From the NCBI RefSeq assembly GCF_009914755.1, contig NC_060935.1: a stretch of 64,000 nt of DNA. One strand, 5' to 3'. The translations under genes were made by a program, and so were the position numbers. A model generated the notes under the pieces. The model was given only the letters and a program-made list of their open reading frames with translations, was not told the DNA's origin and ran no database searches. Position 1 is the first letter of the stretch, and each line of letters starts with the position of its first letter. This DNA is from the human T2T-CHM13v2.0 reference genome, Homo sapiens. Shown here in pieces: positions 39,059 through 54,300 of the stretch.

Positions 39059-42000
39059 GAGTTGAGTTGAGTTTTTGTGTATTGAAGAAAGGTAAGCAAT
39101 TTTAAATGCCAAAAAAGCTCCTTAATTATCAAATTCCTAAAAAGTCTTCTTGCTCTAAAAGGGCTGGGTGTTGGGGGGTGGTAGTAATTTGCCTGTAGGC
39201 TCAGAAACTAAATGACAAGTTTCAAGTTTCAGCCCTAAGCAAATTTTCAGTCAAACAGAGCCGTTTTAAAAAAAAACTCTAAAGGAGGTGGTAAATGTTG
39301 GTATTGGCAACAGCTTAAACAAAAGCCCCACTCTTTCTTATTTTTACATGTGAACACTGGAAATGAGAATGGAATGACGTCCCCCTTAAAAAATAGTAAC
39401 ACTCCAATGTATTAACTTTCCTCTGCCTAAAGGAAATGTGTCATTTTTAGTTCTTCAAACAATTTTTCCCCCAAGCACAACAGCTCATTTCTTTATACTA
39501 CAGCTAGTTGGCTGTCCCTGATCAGTTTAAATCCCTGCACAGTTCAAGATCTGGGACTGAAACCAAAAGGAATAAATCAATGAAGGCCTGGATTTCTATC
39601 CCACTATGCAGGCCAGCACTCTTCAAAGATGTGGAGCGGCCAAAAGCTGTGGAGAAGTTCCCAACTGTGTTGGTTACTGACCTAAAATCACATGACATAG
39701 GAAGGATATGCCCCCATCCCAATCCTGAGAAATCTCATTTAGTCCTGCTTTTACTATGCCATATTACATTACAAAGGTTCTACATAGCCCCTCCTCCTAG
39801 TACTTATTCATAATCAACTCTACTCCAAGAAAATTAGTTAAGACATCCATTTCTTATGTGAAAGGGCTCCTAAATAGTCCAAATCTTGAGCTAAAAGAAG
39901 CCAATGTTATTTCATCACACAGAAGCCAGGGGCAGAGGGGGAGATGTTGGCCAGAAAAATACTTACTCCAACAGAAAAGTTACATTTTTGATAGTGTTCC
40001 AAAAAGAGAATATTGGCAGGAACCTCAAGATTTTGTGCTTTCTGCTGCTACTGGAATGAAATAGATTTTCGTTTTAATCCGGTAATATGAAATAAACCAA
40101 AAGCATACAGATTGGCAAATACCAACTCTAGTTGCACAGTGTCACATGTCACACATCATCAGCCCAAGGAGGTCAAAAAGGCAGCTATAACGTATATGAA
40201 GAGATGAACAATGAACATTTTTAAAATCCTGATCTAGTGAGAAGGCATAAAGGAATCCACCTGTGCAGGAGACTTCAAAAGCCAGATAAGAAAGAAGAAA
40301 GAGGCTTAAATGGAAAATTCATCAACAAGTCAAGAATATAATAAAGCACAACTCCAATTTCTACAAGAACACTGGCATTTCAGGCACTCAAAGAAGACAT
40401 CACAACACCTCTCTACATAACACACAAAGACAATGTAAAATCCATGCAGCACAGAGTCACTTTAGCAACTGCCAGGTAGCGCTAATCCTCAAAGGAGATT
40501 TCTTAAGAATTCCCGTTCTTCACTTTATCCCTTATTTTTCGTTTTTTTTGTTTTGTTTTGTCTTTCTTTTCTTTCATTGTTAAATATTAGCATACCAAAG
40601 AAAGGAATGTTGAGAAACAATCTTCATTCATTCACTCAAGGGGCTGAATCTAGTCCTCTTGAATCCAAGTGGCCCACCAAGATAAAAGACATAGGAATTA
40701 TGGGTTTTTAATGAAGCAGTAACCCAACTAAGTAACTGGAGAAAAGTTCAGGAAAGGTGCTGAAATCTGACCTGGTGGTCAAAATAATCCACGGAGAATG
40801 CATGCAGTTTTAAGGAATCTGGGTTCCTTGACCCTCAAGACGATCTTCCTCAGCAAATGCTTCCATAAGCTTGAAGAAAAAAAAAAAAAAATTCCACTGC
40901 CTGCTCCCAGATACATAGCATTAGGGCAGGGATAAATTTCAAGCTGGCAAAAGTCCAAACCCAACAGTTGCAGCTGTAGTAGCTGCCTTGTTTACAAAGC
41001 AATTCAGGAAGCTTTTAGAGGGCAGAGTGCACCAGACAGAAGGGGGTCTGTACGCAAAACATGGATGCATCCCAATGCTTTCAGAACAGACAACACATCT
41101 GTTCCCAGGTCCCCCTTGGAAACATGCCGCATACAAATCCAAGTCAACCTTTACTGCTCATGTTTTTTCAGGAAAACATATCTACTTAAGCACTCAAATC
41201 AAAATTATACACTGTTAGTTATTGGGCCCTTGGGCCATCCCCAACATCCTAACCAGAACACTGAATACAACATGCTGCACAATGTTTTGAGCAGACTCAA
41301 ATCAACTATGACCTGAACCTCTCTGCCCATTAACGATGCTAAGCCTAAGTGTGTCTTCTATTACCCTTTTAAGACTCTTACAAATTGTGCTTCTTAGCTT
41401 CTCTCCGATAACATCTATGTCCTGGACAATTATGTGGGTAAAGGACACATCGGAAAATTAACCTGTGTTATCCTCATTATTCCCTCACACTGAGATTTCA
41501 ATAACGTAACTTACTTCTATTCCCCTTTAGTCCTCTATAATGTTGTACCCTTGCCATTTTCATTTTCTTGCATTGTTTAATTTAGAATTCCTCTCTAAGA
41601 AAAAGAAACAAAGTCTAGAGGCAGAATGGGAGGGTGGGGGGAAGAGCAACAGAATAAATGCTGAAAAGGAAGCAGAGGGTGCATTATGTCTGTTTACAGA
41701 GCTTTAAAAAATGTGAAATGATGAGATGGACAAGAACATGACATACAGATGACGGCAAAAAAAGCAGAAAGGTGCTCTTCGATGTTTAAAAAAAGGGAAA
41801 TTTAGCTAAGAAGGAAAGTAACCAAACACATAAGAGACAGAAGAGAAAAAGGTTATTTAACAGATGAGTTTAACATGGAGCTTAACACATTTAATAAACA
41901 AACAAACAAATGAGTAAAATCTGTGCATTCCAGGGTGTGGCTGGCATACAGCAGTGTTGCTCGCATACACAGAACCATGACAAACTTTTCTTCTATGGGT

Positions 42001-42789
42001 TCTCTGGGTGGAGTATTTGATATAGCCACAGTAAAAAACAATCATAATCCATTTGCTGCCATGACCATAAAAAGGATTCTTAAATGAAAAAGCATATATA
42101 CCCTGGTGACAAACCACCGTAGATTTACAGTGTGAGAAAATATTCAGCATAAAATCCTAACTGTGTCTTTGTGTAAGCAGCACCTATACAATAAATCAGC
42201 ATAGAGCCCAGCTCTGCCATGACTCTATGTAATTACACATATTAATTACATGTTTAATCACATATATTAATAACACCCAGTCTATAATTACAATGTATTC
42301 ATGTAAACCTAATCAAGGAAAACTAGAGGATTTGCATAAAACTTGTAATGAAAAATATAACGACTACACTAACAAGATAGGGAGATGAATGCATGTCTGT
42401 GACAAACTGTTTGTGTCAAGAAGAACAGAAAGTGATTCTCTTTCCTGAACATTATTTCAGGCCCATTTAACACAATCTGTACCACTCAATGAATGTGCAG
42501 TACCCTACACACATCAAATCAGATTTGGATAATGTTCCTGACTTCAGATAAAATTTCATTACTATATTTAGTTATGGAATGATAGGAAAGGCTTAAATTT
42601 TTAAACTTAATAAAAACTGGAAATATGTTAAGAATTAGGAGAGCCTTACTACAATCTGCCACATGAAATCTAAACAGCAAAAGAAGGCCTACCCAGTAGG
42701 GACCCTGTAGAGTCTCTGACTGAATTTCACCCCTAAAATAAACAACTAAGAAAAAAGTACAATTCTTTGTGGCCAAAGAAAGTGGAAAT

Positions 42790-42876
42790 TCTATTTTATT
42801 TTTTTTTATTATTTATTTTTTTGAGATGGAGTTTCGCTCTTGTTGCCCAGGTTGGAGTGCAATGGCACAATCTCAG
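42790..42876 (-). mobile_element. Alu 3' fragment (Sp/Sq-like), severely truncated
   Basis: T-rich tail + gagatggagtttcgctcttgttgcccagg.tggagtgcaatggcacaatctc. Confidence 0.85.
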
Positions 42877-43349
42877 TTATCAACGATTTGGGGCCTCTAA
42901 TTTCAAATACCCTCACTGGTAAGCTGGAACTCCCTAAGTCAGTGGTTTTATTTCTCCAAATAGGACCAGAGTTTGATAAAAACAAATACAAAGTAAATTA
43001 AAACACAGGAAAGGCTTTGAACTCAAATAACTTAAGACTGAAATTCCCTTCATTCTAATTGCCTGGTTTTTATGAAGCACCTCTTGACAAGACTAAAAAC
43101 AGAAATTTTTACAAAACCACTAATAACAGACTTCAAGATTTTTTTTTACACATAAAGCTTGAAAATATGCTAGTTCACTCTTAGCAATATATGCTTTTTA
43201 TTCTCAAAACTAAGTTGATGTGAGAAAGCATAGAAACAGCTTTATAATGCGAACTTAAGCAATTAAAAAATGAATCCTGAATCTGCTTTTATAAACAGCT
43301 TTATGAAGCAAATTTAAGTATTTTAAAAAATTATTTTGAATCTGCTTTT

Positions 43350-43639
43350 GAGAACAGAATTTCACTCTGTTGCCCAGGTTGGAGTGCAGTGGCACAATCA
43401 TGGCTCACTGCAACCTCTACCTCCCTGGTCTCAGGTGATCCTTCCACCTCAACCTCCCAAGTAGCTGGGACTAGAGGCAAGCACCACCATGCCCAGCTAA
43501 TTTTTTAAAATTTTTTTAGAGATAGGATCTTGCTATGTTGCCCAGGCTAGCCTTGACTAGCCTGGTACTCGGGCTCAAGTGAAACTCTCAGCCTCCTGAA
43601 GTGTTGGGATTACAGGCGTGAGCCACTGTGCACAGCCCC
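43350..43639 (-). mobile_element. AluJ-like, almost no poly(A) tail
   Basis: Reverse-complement Alu; TSD tgaatctgctttt at 43337-43349 and 43640-43652. Confidence 0.9.
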
Positions 43640-44554
43640 TGAATCTGCTTTTTAAAAATGATTCAAAATTGCTTGTCTATATGAAGGAAAACAATGCAAT
43701 CTTCCAACCAATTCTAAAATAAGGAACTTAGTATAAGACAAATTTTAGCAGTAAGACTGTACTTCTCTCTTTCCCTGAGAGATAATAATCCACAGGAGGG
43801 CTGTGCCACTTTTGTGCCGACTACCTCACTGGAGTTACAAATGCAATGTGGTTGTCAATCCAGTGAGGTCTCTAATCATTTACCATTAATCTATCCTAAG
43901 CCAATTTAAAACTACAGGTGTTTTACAAGCATCAAGGGTCTTTCCCCACTAAAGATAGCTAATAAACAGCCACGCACCATAATGGAAGAATGCAATATTT
44001 TCCACAAGAAATGATATCATTTATCTTTTCCAAAATTTTATTCACACCTCAATTACTGTTCATCTGTCACCATCACTCCTAAAACCTGAAGCAAGTAATC
44101 AACTGAAAGATAAATTCTCACTGCAATTTCACTGTATTTACACATGAGAAAAGACATTTAAAAGTACCATTTCATTCAGCCATTAAATTATTTACTTTCA
44201 GGTTTCTTCGTAAAAACCTAAAGAAATATCTGGTTTATTTACCCACAGGAGTGGGGCTGGGAATAAAGAGACACAGGAGGGAAGAGAGGGTGTGCATAAG
44301 AAGCATTTAATACACTTAAATGGTTAGAAGACCTAAACATATTTGCTCAAAAATATTATTAGTTTTTTATATATCATTCAACAGCAAACTTAGGTTTTTC
44401 CTTCAACAAATATTTCTGAGATTATTACTTCGTTGACAACAACAACAGAAGACTTAACATTCTCATGCCAACTTAAAGCAGTTTTCTTCACATTTCCTTC
44501 TTCTGCAAAACCCCTATAATATTCATAATAATTCTTAAACAAAAATCAAATCAC

Positions 44555-45108
<554 letters not shown>

Positions 45109-46189
45109 AAATTAATCTCAAGCTGATTTCCACCATCAGTCTCATGATATCACACTCATAAGGAATAATTCCTTATGCAAATACTGCTTAAATAAGTATA
45201 TACACACACACACAAAGCATACAATTGTTAATCTGTTAACTAAGGCAAATGCTGCCTTAAAATGAAGCCCTCTTCTAGAACCATTTGCTTATTTTTTGTT
45301 ACATCAATTATATTTAGCCCAATGGACTTTTATTTTCATGAAAGTAGATAATTGCGGAGTAGAAAAAAAACACCCAACACTTCAACTATGTAAAGAACAT
45401 CAATATGATATTTTTACTAATTCAGGGAGCCCTAGTTATCTTAATATTCATCATTTAAGCCCCCATAGTTAGAAGGCCAAAGTCATCATAAAAGTAACAC
45501 AGAAACCACTTAAAAAATTAATCCCCACCCAAATTAACACAACAGTCTATCTCTGTCCACAGAGTTATATTCTTTGTAGGTCTCTGGACGATTCTATACC
45601 ACATATACAAAGAAAACAGACTGCAATATAGAAGTGCAACTCTTAAAAAAAAATAATAAATAATAAATTTGTAAATCTCATCAAAGGAACAGAATTTGGT
45701 AAAATCAATGAAAGTGATGATAAGACAGCTTGAATAACAAGCCAAATCATGAGCCAAAGAGTTTCTAGTAAAGTTAGACCAAAGAACCACTAGAACGGAA
45801 AAGTCACAAGAATAAATTCAGGCTAAACACTTACAATAAAGGGAAGGACACTGTGGCATTTTGTCATCCAACTTTGTCAGAAAAATTGCCCTGGAAAACA
45901 ATCAACACTTCATTCTTTGCTCATTCTAAGAATTGGCACATAGATGCAATTATAGTTTAAATGTTGTTAAATATAAAATGGTATTCCTCATTATTAGTTT
46001 CACTTCCACAATGAAGTTCAAGCAAATCTCTTTTTCTCTATTTACTGTGAAATTCCGGTGCCTGATTTAAGTAGATTCACTTAGGTGACCTTTTCTAGGC
46101 ATCAATTATCCCCTAATAAGGAGGATCAGCATTTTAAAAGGATCTACGACTTTAGACTTGGATGAGGAAGAACTAGCATATATATCTTC

Positions 46190-46435
46190 TAGCAGAGTGG
46201 TCTAATGAGGGAAGAGTTTTGAGCTTGAAAAATTGGTTTCAAATCCCAGTTAAAATATGGAGTGGTTGCAGTGACTTTGGGAAAATCTCTTAACCTCTGA
46301 CAGTTTTCATACCTGGAAAGTGAACTATTCCCTACCTCATAGTACTATTATGAGATAACACATGAGAGCAAACGAAGTAACACATATGAGAGCAATTTCT
46401 AATCTATAAATGGCTAACCAAATGTTGGCTATTCT
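46190..46435 (+). mobile_element. MIR
   Basis: ggtttcaaatcccag...gtgactttgggaaaatctcttaacctctga...cctacctcatag. Confidence 0.7.
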
Positions 46436-46696
46436 TAAATTCATCACCCTTTCTCTATAAACTGACAGTTAATTTCACCAAGTGGTCATCATTCATATAT
46501 TATATACTGATTATTTGTTGCACCTGTTAGATCCTATGGCCGGTAGCTAAAACCTAAAAAAAGAGATGTTTTAAAGAGTCTGCTTGAGTTACAAGTTTTC
46601 AAAAGTTAAGAGAAGACATATGCAAGGCAAATAAGGAATATGACAGAACAGTTATAAAGACAAGGAACGATTAAAATTTTTAAAAAGACTGATTCT

Positions 46697-46965
46697 GGAC
46701 AGGCCCAGTGGCTCACATCTGTAATCCCAGCACTTTGGGAGGCCAAGGCACGTGGATCACCTGAGGTCAGGAGTTCGAGACCAGCCTGGCCAACATGCAA
46801 AACCCAGTCTCTATTAAAAATACAACATTTAGCCAGACATGGTGATGTGCACCTGTAGTTCCAGCTACTCAAGGGGCTGAGGCAGGAGAATCACTTGAAC
46901 CTGGGAGGCAGAGCTGAGATTGCTCCACTGCACTCCAGCTCAGGCAACAGAGTGAGACTGTCTCC

Positions 46966-46993
<28 letters not shown>
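46697..46993 (+). mobile_element. AluSx-like with small right-arm deletion
   Basis: Dimeric Alu; TSD aaaaagactgattct / aaaaagactttgattct. Confidence 0.95.
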
Positions 46994-46996
<3 letters not shown>

Positions 46997-47838
46997 CTTT
47001 GATTCTAAGTGGGATAATCAAAGTAGCCTTCCTGGAAGAAGCTGCATGAAAGAAAAGGCCAAGGTGATCTTAGGGTAGAAAGACCTTATATCTGCCTCAC
47101 TGTAGTTGGTGCATCCTACTCCTTTTGTGTTCATACAAAAGGAAAACCGAAAACAAACAATGGTAAGAAAACACCACAAGGCTTGTGAAAACTTCAATTC
47201 ATTATTATCTACTGTACCAGCTGCCATGTCTGGCATGCAGTTTAAATACTGTAGTGGCATAGCTCTTCCGCTGATAATGCCAAGTCAAACCATTAATATA
47301 CAACTCCACAGAAGACACTGACAGAAAATTTTAGCTCCAGGTCATGCATTTATGAAAAGATAATCAAAGACATATTTTTGTGAAAAGCAGGAATCATATT
47401 CAAAGCTGAGTATCTTTGGCCAATTGTCCGCTGCTTTCTTATATTAAATCTCCAGAGTGAAAAAAATATGAAACAATATATTTCTATTTTAGCCCATCAG
47501 AATCACTAAACCCTGATATGAAGTGAACTGTTCAGATTGTAAACATGGAATGAATAAATCTGCTGGGTAACAGTAAACTCAAGTAGCACAAATCACATCT
47601 AGTATTCTTGTAGACTCTCCTTATCAGTATTTAAGCAGCACAGACAGAACAAGCACAGATAAAGCACACTACACTATTTAAATTCATCTGGCATCCTGGT
47701 ATCCTAGTATTCTGTCCTACACAAACCTAGATGGCTTATTTTCAGACTCAGCATACAGTCACAGTACTAACTTGTTGAGTTTACCATCCAAGACTGTAGC
47801 CTCAAACCCCCTTCATGCTGGTCAGTTGTAAGGATTAA

Positions 47839-47840
<2 letters not shown>

Positions 47841-47877
<37 letters not shown>
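47841..47877. repeat. (AC)n microsatellite
   Basis: About 18 perfect AC units. Confidence 0.95.
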
Positions 47878-47879
<2 letters not shown>

Positions 47880-48498
47880 TAGATATTGTACTCACAGTGT
47901 AAAAACTCAGGCATGCAACAAGACATGACCAGCTAGTAAAAAAGGAAAATTAGAAAATGCTCTAAATAATATTTTGACTTTTTCAAACTATTGATATAAT
48001 TATTGTTTAGACTGAATCGAATCAGCCACAGGGCACTGAATTTAATTGACAGTAGAGATTAAAAAGAGGGAACAGTCTCTAAACCAATACAGTAAAAGCA
48101 TTTTCAGTAAGTTGAGGGGCTTTTGAGATGAATATTTATTAAATGTAAACAGAGATTTTATGATAATTCAATATGGAAGTATAGGTGTGTTTAAGAAACA
48201 CAGGAGAGGAGGAGACATTTAGGAAGAAATGTGGGCCAATATATACCTTTCTTTAACCATCCAAGGGAAAATAGATTTCAACTCACTTGAAAACTGTCTG
48301 GCTGGGGACTACACAATTTCCCACAGTAGCTCATTAAACTGTTATATCACCTTGACAGTCAATTCCTGCAAAGTTAAATGCAAATCAAAACATTTTTAAT
48401 TGAATCATGCATTACATGACTAAGGGAGCTCACCGTTTACGGGAAACTTGTGGTGAATCTTTACAAACTAATTCATGACTATGCTAAAGTACCTAACT

Positions 48499-48992
48499 AA
48501 GTAGTCCTCCTTATCCTCAGTGGATAACTTCCAAGACCCCCAGTGGATGCCTGAAACTCCGGATATACCAAACTCCATATATCCTACGTCTTTTCCTATA
48601 CATCATACCTAAGATAAAGCTTAACTTACAAATGAGGCACAATAAGAGACTGACAACAATAACCAATCATAAAACAGAATAAGTAAAATGAAGGTGACTT
48701 GAGCATAAGCACTGAAATACCTCACAGTCAACTTCATAACCAAGACGGCTAGTGAGAGACCACCAGGCAGGTGGCGTACACGGTGTGGAGATGCTGGACA
48801 AGGGGATGATTCACAACCCAGTGGGACAGAGTGGGATGGCTTGAGATTTCATTATGCTCCTCAGAACAGCGAGCCATTTAAAATTTATAAATTGTTTATT
48901 TCTGGAATTTTCTATTTAATCTTTTTGGATCATGTTTGCCATGGGTAACTGAAACCAACAAAAGTGAAACCATGGGCAAGCGGGGGCTACTG
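48499..48992. mobile_element. MER44-like TcMar-Tigger element
   Basis: Terminal inverted repeats agtagtcctccttatcc ... gcaagcgggggctactg; ttccaagacccccagtggatgcctgaaac; gatgctggacaaggggatgattcac. Confidence 0.85.
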
Positions 48993-51159
48993 CAGATCAT
49001 GCCTGATAGATTTAATTCAAATTTTAACATACAAGTCACCCTAAAGCAAACGACACCTGTAGTGAAGATGCATTTATCCTTATTATATTATAGTGTGGAT
49101 CTGATTACCTCACATTATGGTTTGGGTCTGACTATATAACATCTAATTCAGATGCGGATAAGAAGCAATGTTAATGAATAACAAAATAATTCAACTTGAC
49201 GTGAAGAAAAATTTTGCTCTCCTTCCTCTTTTACCTTTTGCACATTAAAAGATGTCTTTCTTCAACAAAGTGTGATCTTACAGTAAGAGAGAGAACATTT
49301 GCCTTGCCCATCCTGGAATGCAAAAGTCACTTGTGGCTCAATGGTTATGCTCTATATATTTTGATAATCCGAAAAAGAAAATGAAACTTCTTTAATAGTA
49401 TAGCCCGAGGGTATAAGGGGAGTGGAACACGCAAGTGGTTAAGATTATTACACTTAACAAGAACGGCCAGTCTACTAGTCTACTGCTTCATGTAACCTAT
49501 TTACAGTCAAGATGGCTATATTTAGAAAAATCCTATAGTACATGAGAACTGAGAGATAAATATCAAACTACTACCCTTACAGGCTTCCAAAAAAATTCTA
49601 TTAGCCTCAGGAAAGCATAAGCCATTGGGGGTTTGCTTCAGCTAAGCTCTACAGCAGAATCTGGACCAGAAATACTATTTCACATTATATATTTAAAAAA
49701 AATTCGTGCTGCAAATTGCATTCAGTGTAACACTTTAAACTGTTCCATATTTGAGGTCAGAGTTTATACATATTAATGTCAAAGAGCCTATAGCCCAAAC
49801 CCCAATGTTTGTCACTACCTGAAAAATTAAATTAAATATACCACATTAAAGGACCAACCAAATCCTATCTCCATTACACCCAAGCCAAGAGTGAGGCCTT
49901 GACAATAGAATTGAAGAGATTAGGGTTTAATTTACACAGAATGACTGCAATAAAACAATGCAAATGTGAGACTTTACAAGAGCAAGTACTTAAAGCACGT
50001 CAAGACAAATATTTACATAAACTATATAACATCATAGTCTACTAAAGATAAAAGATTCAAGAGCCCATTGAATCATAATTTAGAATACAAATATTACAGA
50101 AGAAAGGAAAAGGAATCTGAACTGTTAATTGGGTCCCATAAATGAATGCACACTGAAGGTTTTTTTGAAGACAGGTGATGATCAATAAGGGGAGAAAATG
50201 TAAATGTATTCACAAAAACTAAAATGGGTCTCTAATTTTGCTATGCTCTGCTACAGAAGCATATGCTACTTCCCAGAAAGACCACTTAGAAGTTTTTATA
50301 CTTAGAATTTCCTTCCTCTTTCAACCCATCTTTATGCTGTTCACAATTACACAGTTTTTGCTTTTCTCTAGTTCCTAATAACTTCTAACCATTTGCTTCT
50401 AATAGACTGCCCCTTTGTTTGGGTCACCTCTCCACATTCCCTTCTCACAACAGTGTTCAATCCATCATACTCTGAAGTACACAAGTAACTTTAGAAAACA
50501 TTTCTTCCTTTTCCCCTCTTCTTCAATCCCAGTAGAAGATTCTTTAAAAATCCAAAAAGTTTGTTTGTGACCCTTTTGATGCCCCTCCCCTGCCTTTAAG
50601 AAACACACCATAAAGAGACATAATCCTTTTGAGTCTTTAAGTTCAAACTACATTTAACAATTATTACAAATTACAATTATCAGATATTTCCAGTTTGCAA
50701 AAGTCTCCCAGTTGGTGAAAGCTCTGTTTTCAGGTTCATAAAGCCAATACCCCATCTTGTCTTTTAAAGTAGGAAATTAACTGAATTCTCTAAAGTATTA
50801 AGAAATCTTTGACCGTGAACCCGAAAATGAGCCCCTGAGACTCAATAATCTGATTAGTTAAACTGGGTGAACACGATGACAGAATGGACCTTAAATGGGA
50901 AAATCCAGAGTTGGGAACAGATGCTAAAATCAGGAAGTGGCTGATGTCCAAACCCAAAGTCAGTGGCCTTTCTACAGAAATTAATCAACGGGACACATTT
51001 TTGTCCTTAGCCACTTTCATCTTGACTGTGCCCAAGCTCTGAATGTTTATCTGCATAATGAGTTGATTTCTTGATCAATAAATTCAGTTCGAGCCTTCTC
51101 ATGACCTGGTCCAGAACCTCATGCTCTCCTCCATTGTTAACTTGAGACACATGTGAGAT

Positions 51160-51333
51160 TATTTCTCAACCAGGTGTGTATACCTGGGGTGCTTTTTAAA
51201 ATATGCACATGCCCAGGGTCCCACAACTACTGAATTAGACTCTCCAGGCAAAAGCCCCTAGAAGCAGGCATATTTCTTAAGCTCCTTTTCTCCTTAAGCT
51301 CCTCTGAAACATACCACTGGTTAAGAACCAATG
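51160..51333. mobile_element. MER5A-like element
   Basis: tttctcaacc...acctggggtgctttttaaaa...gcccagggtccc...ctactgaattagactctc...ggttaagaaccaatg. Confidence 0.7.
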
Positions 51334-54300
51334 ACTTAGAATTTAGAACAATGTGTATAGTGTAACAAGGAAAGACGTGTCCACACAGGAGATCACCACA
51401 CAAGCAAGGGGACAAGTTATAGCAGAAAACTTGGAATTGACTTGCTCCTGATCATTGTGAACTTCCTCCTGCTCCTCAGCTGGTTAAAAGCTGTCAGCCA
51501 AAGCTGGCATCCCGGGGTGTCACAGGTGTATTGATAATTGACTCAGTCTGTTTTGTTTACAATTTTCTGCCCAACAAATTGCATGTTTCTGCAGATGTCT
51601 AACAAATTCAGGACATTTAATTCCTCAGCTGCCACCATCCTGCTGTTTCCACCCTCCTCATCCATTGGTTACGATGGTGTCCAAAGACACATTCACCAGC
51701 ATTAGAAAAGGTCATTAAAAAGCTCTTACAACCATCTGTACCCAGATGGACAGGTCTCCAGCCAAAACAGGAGAGGTTCCTACTCAAAGAGGCCCAGAGG
51801 ACCTGACTACATGCAGTGCCGCAGTTGGTTTTTTAATTATTGTTTGTGGGTCCTGAATTATTTACATTTGAGCTGTAAATCTTAATGACCCATGCCGTGA
51901 TCTTCTTGGCTTACTGATGATGAACAAAGCCAAGGCTGTTTCGTTCTCCTGATTCAATGCTGCTGTAGGATGAGGGCCAAAGAAAAGTGCATCTTCCTAA
52001 ATCGTCTTACACTGGTTCTTGGAACAAATCATTCTTGCTTGGATCCTTGGCTAGGTCATTTGCCATACACTTACCAGTTAATTCCCTACTGCTTTCATAC
52101 TCTATCATCCAGTGGAGCATTTTCTATGCAAATGACTCACTTGTGCAGGGATGTTTTTTAATGCCTTTTTCCTTGACCTTTGCATTGCATACAGAAAAAA
52201 TTTAACTTAATGTTAAAACAAACTGCAATTATTTTCTACAGTGGGTCTATAACATGTTGCACATTATTCAATTTGGTGGCACCAGCTTTCAGAACAAAGG
52301 GTTTGAAGACCAGAATGCGCCCTGGCAAAGTTTGGCAAGATCTTTGAAACTAAAACCAAAAGCACAGAAACAGAGAGTCAAACGGCCTTGCTAAAACAAT
52401 CTTGCCCAGAGAAATCAAAGCAAGCCAGTGTTTCAGCTAACCTTAACCAAATGAATGAGGGAAGAAATGATTCTTTTGCTTACAACTACTTGACAAGTGG
52501 GAGATGTCTCTCTTAACTACTGACCTTCAAAGCACTAGGAAAAATGAATTCTGAATTCTCGACCTGTCGCATCTCAACACAGCAGCTCAGCCACACCTTT
52601 TCACAGTAGCTGCAGTGCTTCACTACACTATTTCTGCCTGCCCTTCAGAACTCAAAGCAGACGCGCTCACCAGCGGTGCCAAACTGTTAGACTCATCAAG
52701 TTTATGAACACTGCATACAAAATGCAAACATTTTCTTCCATTTGGGCAAACATTGGCACAGGAAACTTTCTTTCCAATGTTAACAGCAGGGAGCTTAAAT
52801 AAAAGTTCAGTTTCTAGAAGGGTGGGGGAGAGAAAAAGCTAATTCTAAAAATATGTCATCAGCAGCATGCCATTGCCAGAGAAAATTGTACATGTTTCTC
52901 TCAAGCACAGTTCACTCAAATGAACTTGACAGCTTTGGAGATCACTTAAAAGAAAGGAAATTTGTTGCATGAGGCCTGCCAGATATAAAAGGGATCACGT
53001 CTCAACAGATAAGACTTGATAGATTCCCATCTTAAATATTTCGGTACGATGATTACATAAACTCAAAATTAGGGCTTTGTCACAGATCCGCACACAGGCT
53101 TATGCCCTAAGGGTATGCTTCCAGCCCATTCATGGGACTTGTCCTTGAATCTAGCAATTAACTTTAAAATCTTGCTACTGTCATCAGGTCCCCAGAAAAT
53201 AAATTAAAGGACATCTGAGCAAACAAGTAAAATTACGCAGCTGAACTTAAAATCAGCAGCTTGCTTCTTGTCCACAGGTGTGTCCAGGCAAGATAAACGA
53301 GTTTAACTGGGTTACAAATTACAGGTGTCAGTGCCTTCTCTCAAATCCACCAAATGCTGGAAAATGCCGCTCTCAGACAGACTATTTCCTAAAAGGGGAC
53401 TATTCAGGATAGTTTTCCATTTAAACATAATACTCAAGTTGCTGAAAAAATACTGTAAAAATCAGGTGTGAATATGTTCGTTTGACCCGAAGCTGCAGCT
53501 CTCAAACATCTGATTAAAAGGAAAAACAGGCAGGCATTACAACTCCCCAGAAAGCCACAAAAATAAAAGGCTCCATCTTCAAGAAGATGATCTCCAATTA
53601 CAACACTATGCTGGTTTGAAGAAATGCCTGATGCAGCGGTGAGCTGTAACATACCAATCAGAAAGCTTTCCCATCTCAACAGGGACAACATGGCCACTAA
53701 ACTACCAAGTCAGTTGTAGAAGCTGAACACATCTATTTGTTATCTCATCCTCTTAGCCATAACCTACATTTCTGGATCCTGGTCTAAATTGAATAGACCC
53801 TTTTACAAGTGCAACTCTTTGGAACAGCACAGATAGTTCGCTGTGCCCTTTGAAAACATAAGAGAAAAACTATAAGCTGATCTTTAACATTAAATATTTA
53901 ATGTGTTTTTAACACATCAGTCCTTTCGATTTAATTCTAGACTTGATGCACCTGTCAGGAAACTGACTGCTATGATTTTATTGAAACTGTACATTTTTCT
54001 GACACTCAGAAACGGAAGATTTTCAAGATTCTGTTTGTCAGAAAACCCCAAGCGAAGTTCAGTTTAACTGTTTTTAAAATATATACTTGGAAAACACTTT
54101 CTCCTACAACAAAAAATGAAAAGAAAGTTACTGAACACAGTAAAATATAAACCTAGAAAACGCTACGGTCTGTTTTTTTTTTTAATGTTTGTGCATTTTT
54201 AATAGAGCAAAGACAAAAGTCGAGGCCTTAGTGCCAACTGGATAAAATTTAAATGAGTTTTGATTTACATACCCATCAACCTTCAACATTCGAGTGAACA

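Noticed and set aside
40468-40487. CTCF-like ctgccaggtagcgcta
   Set aside because: Mismatches at two key core positions; cannot be supported without ChIP data.
51913-51955. TGATGA...CTGA box C/D-like pair
   Set aside because: Too short for a snoRNA, no terminal stem, and on the strand opposite the inferred host transcript.
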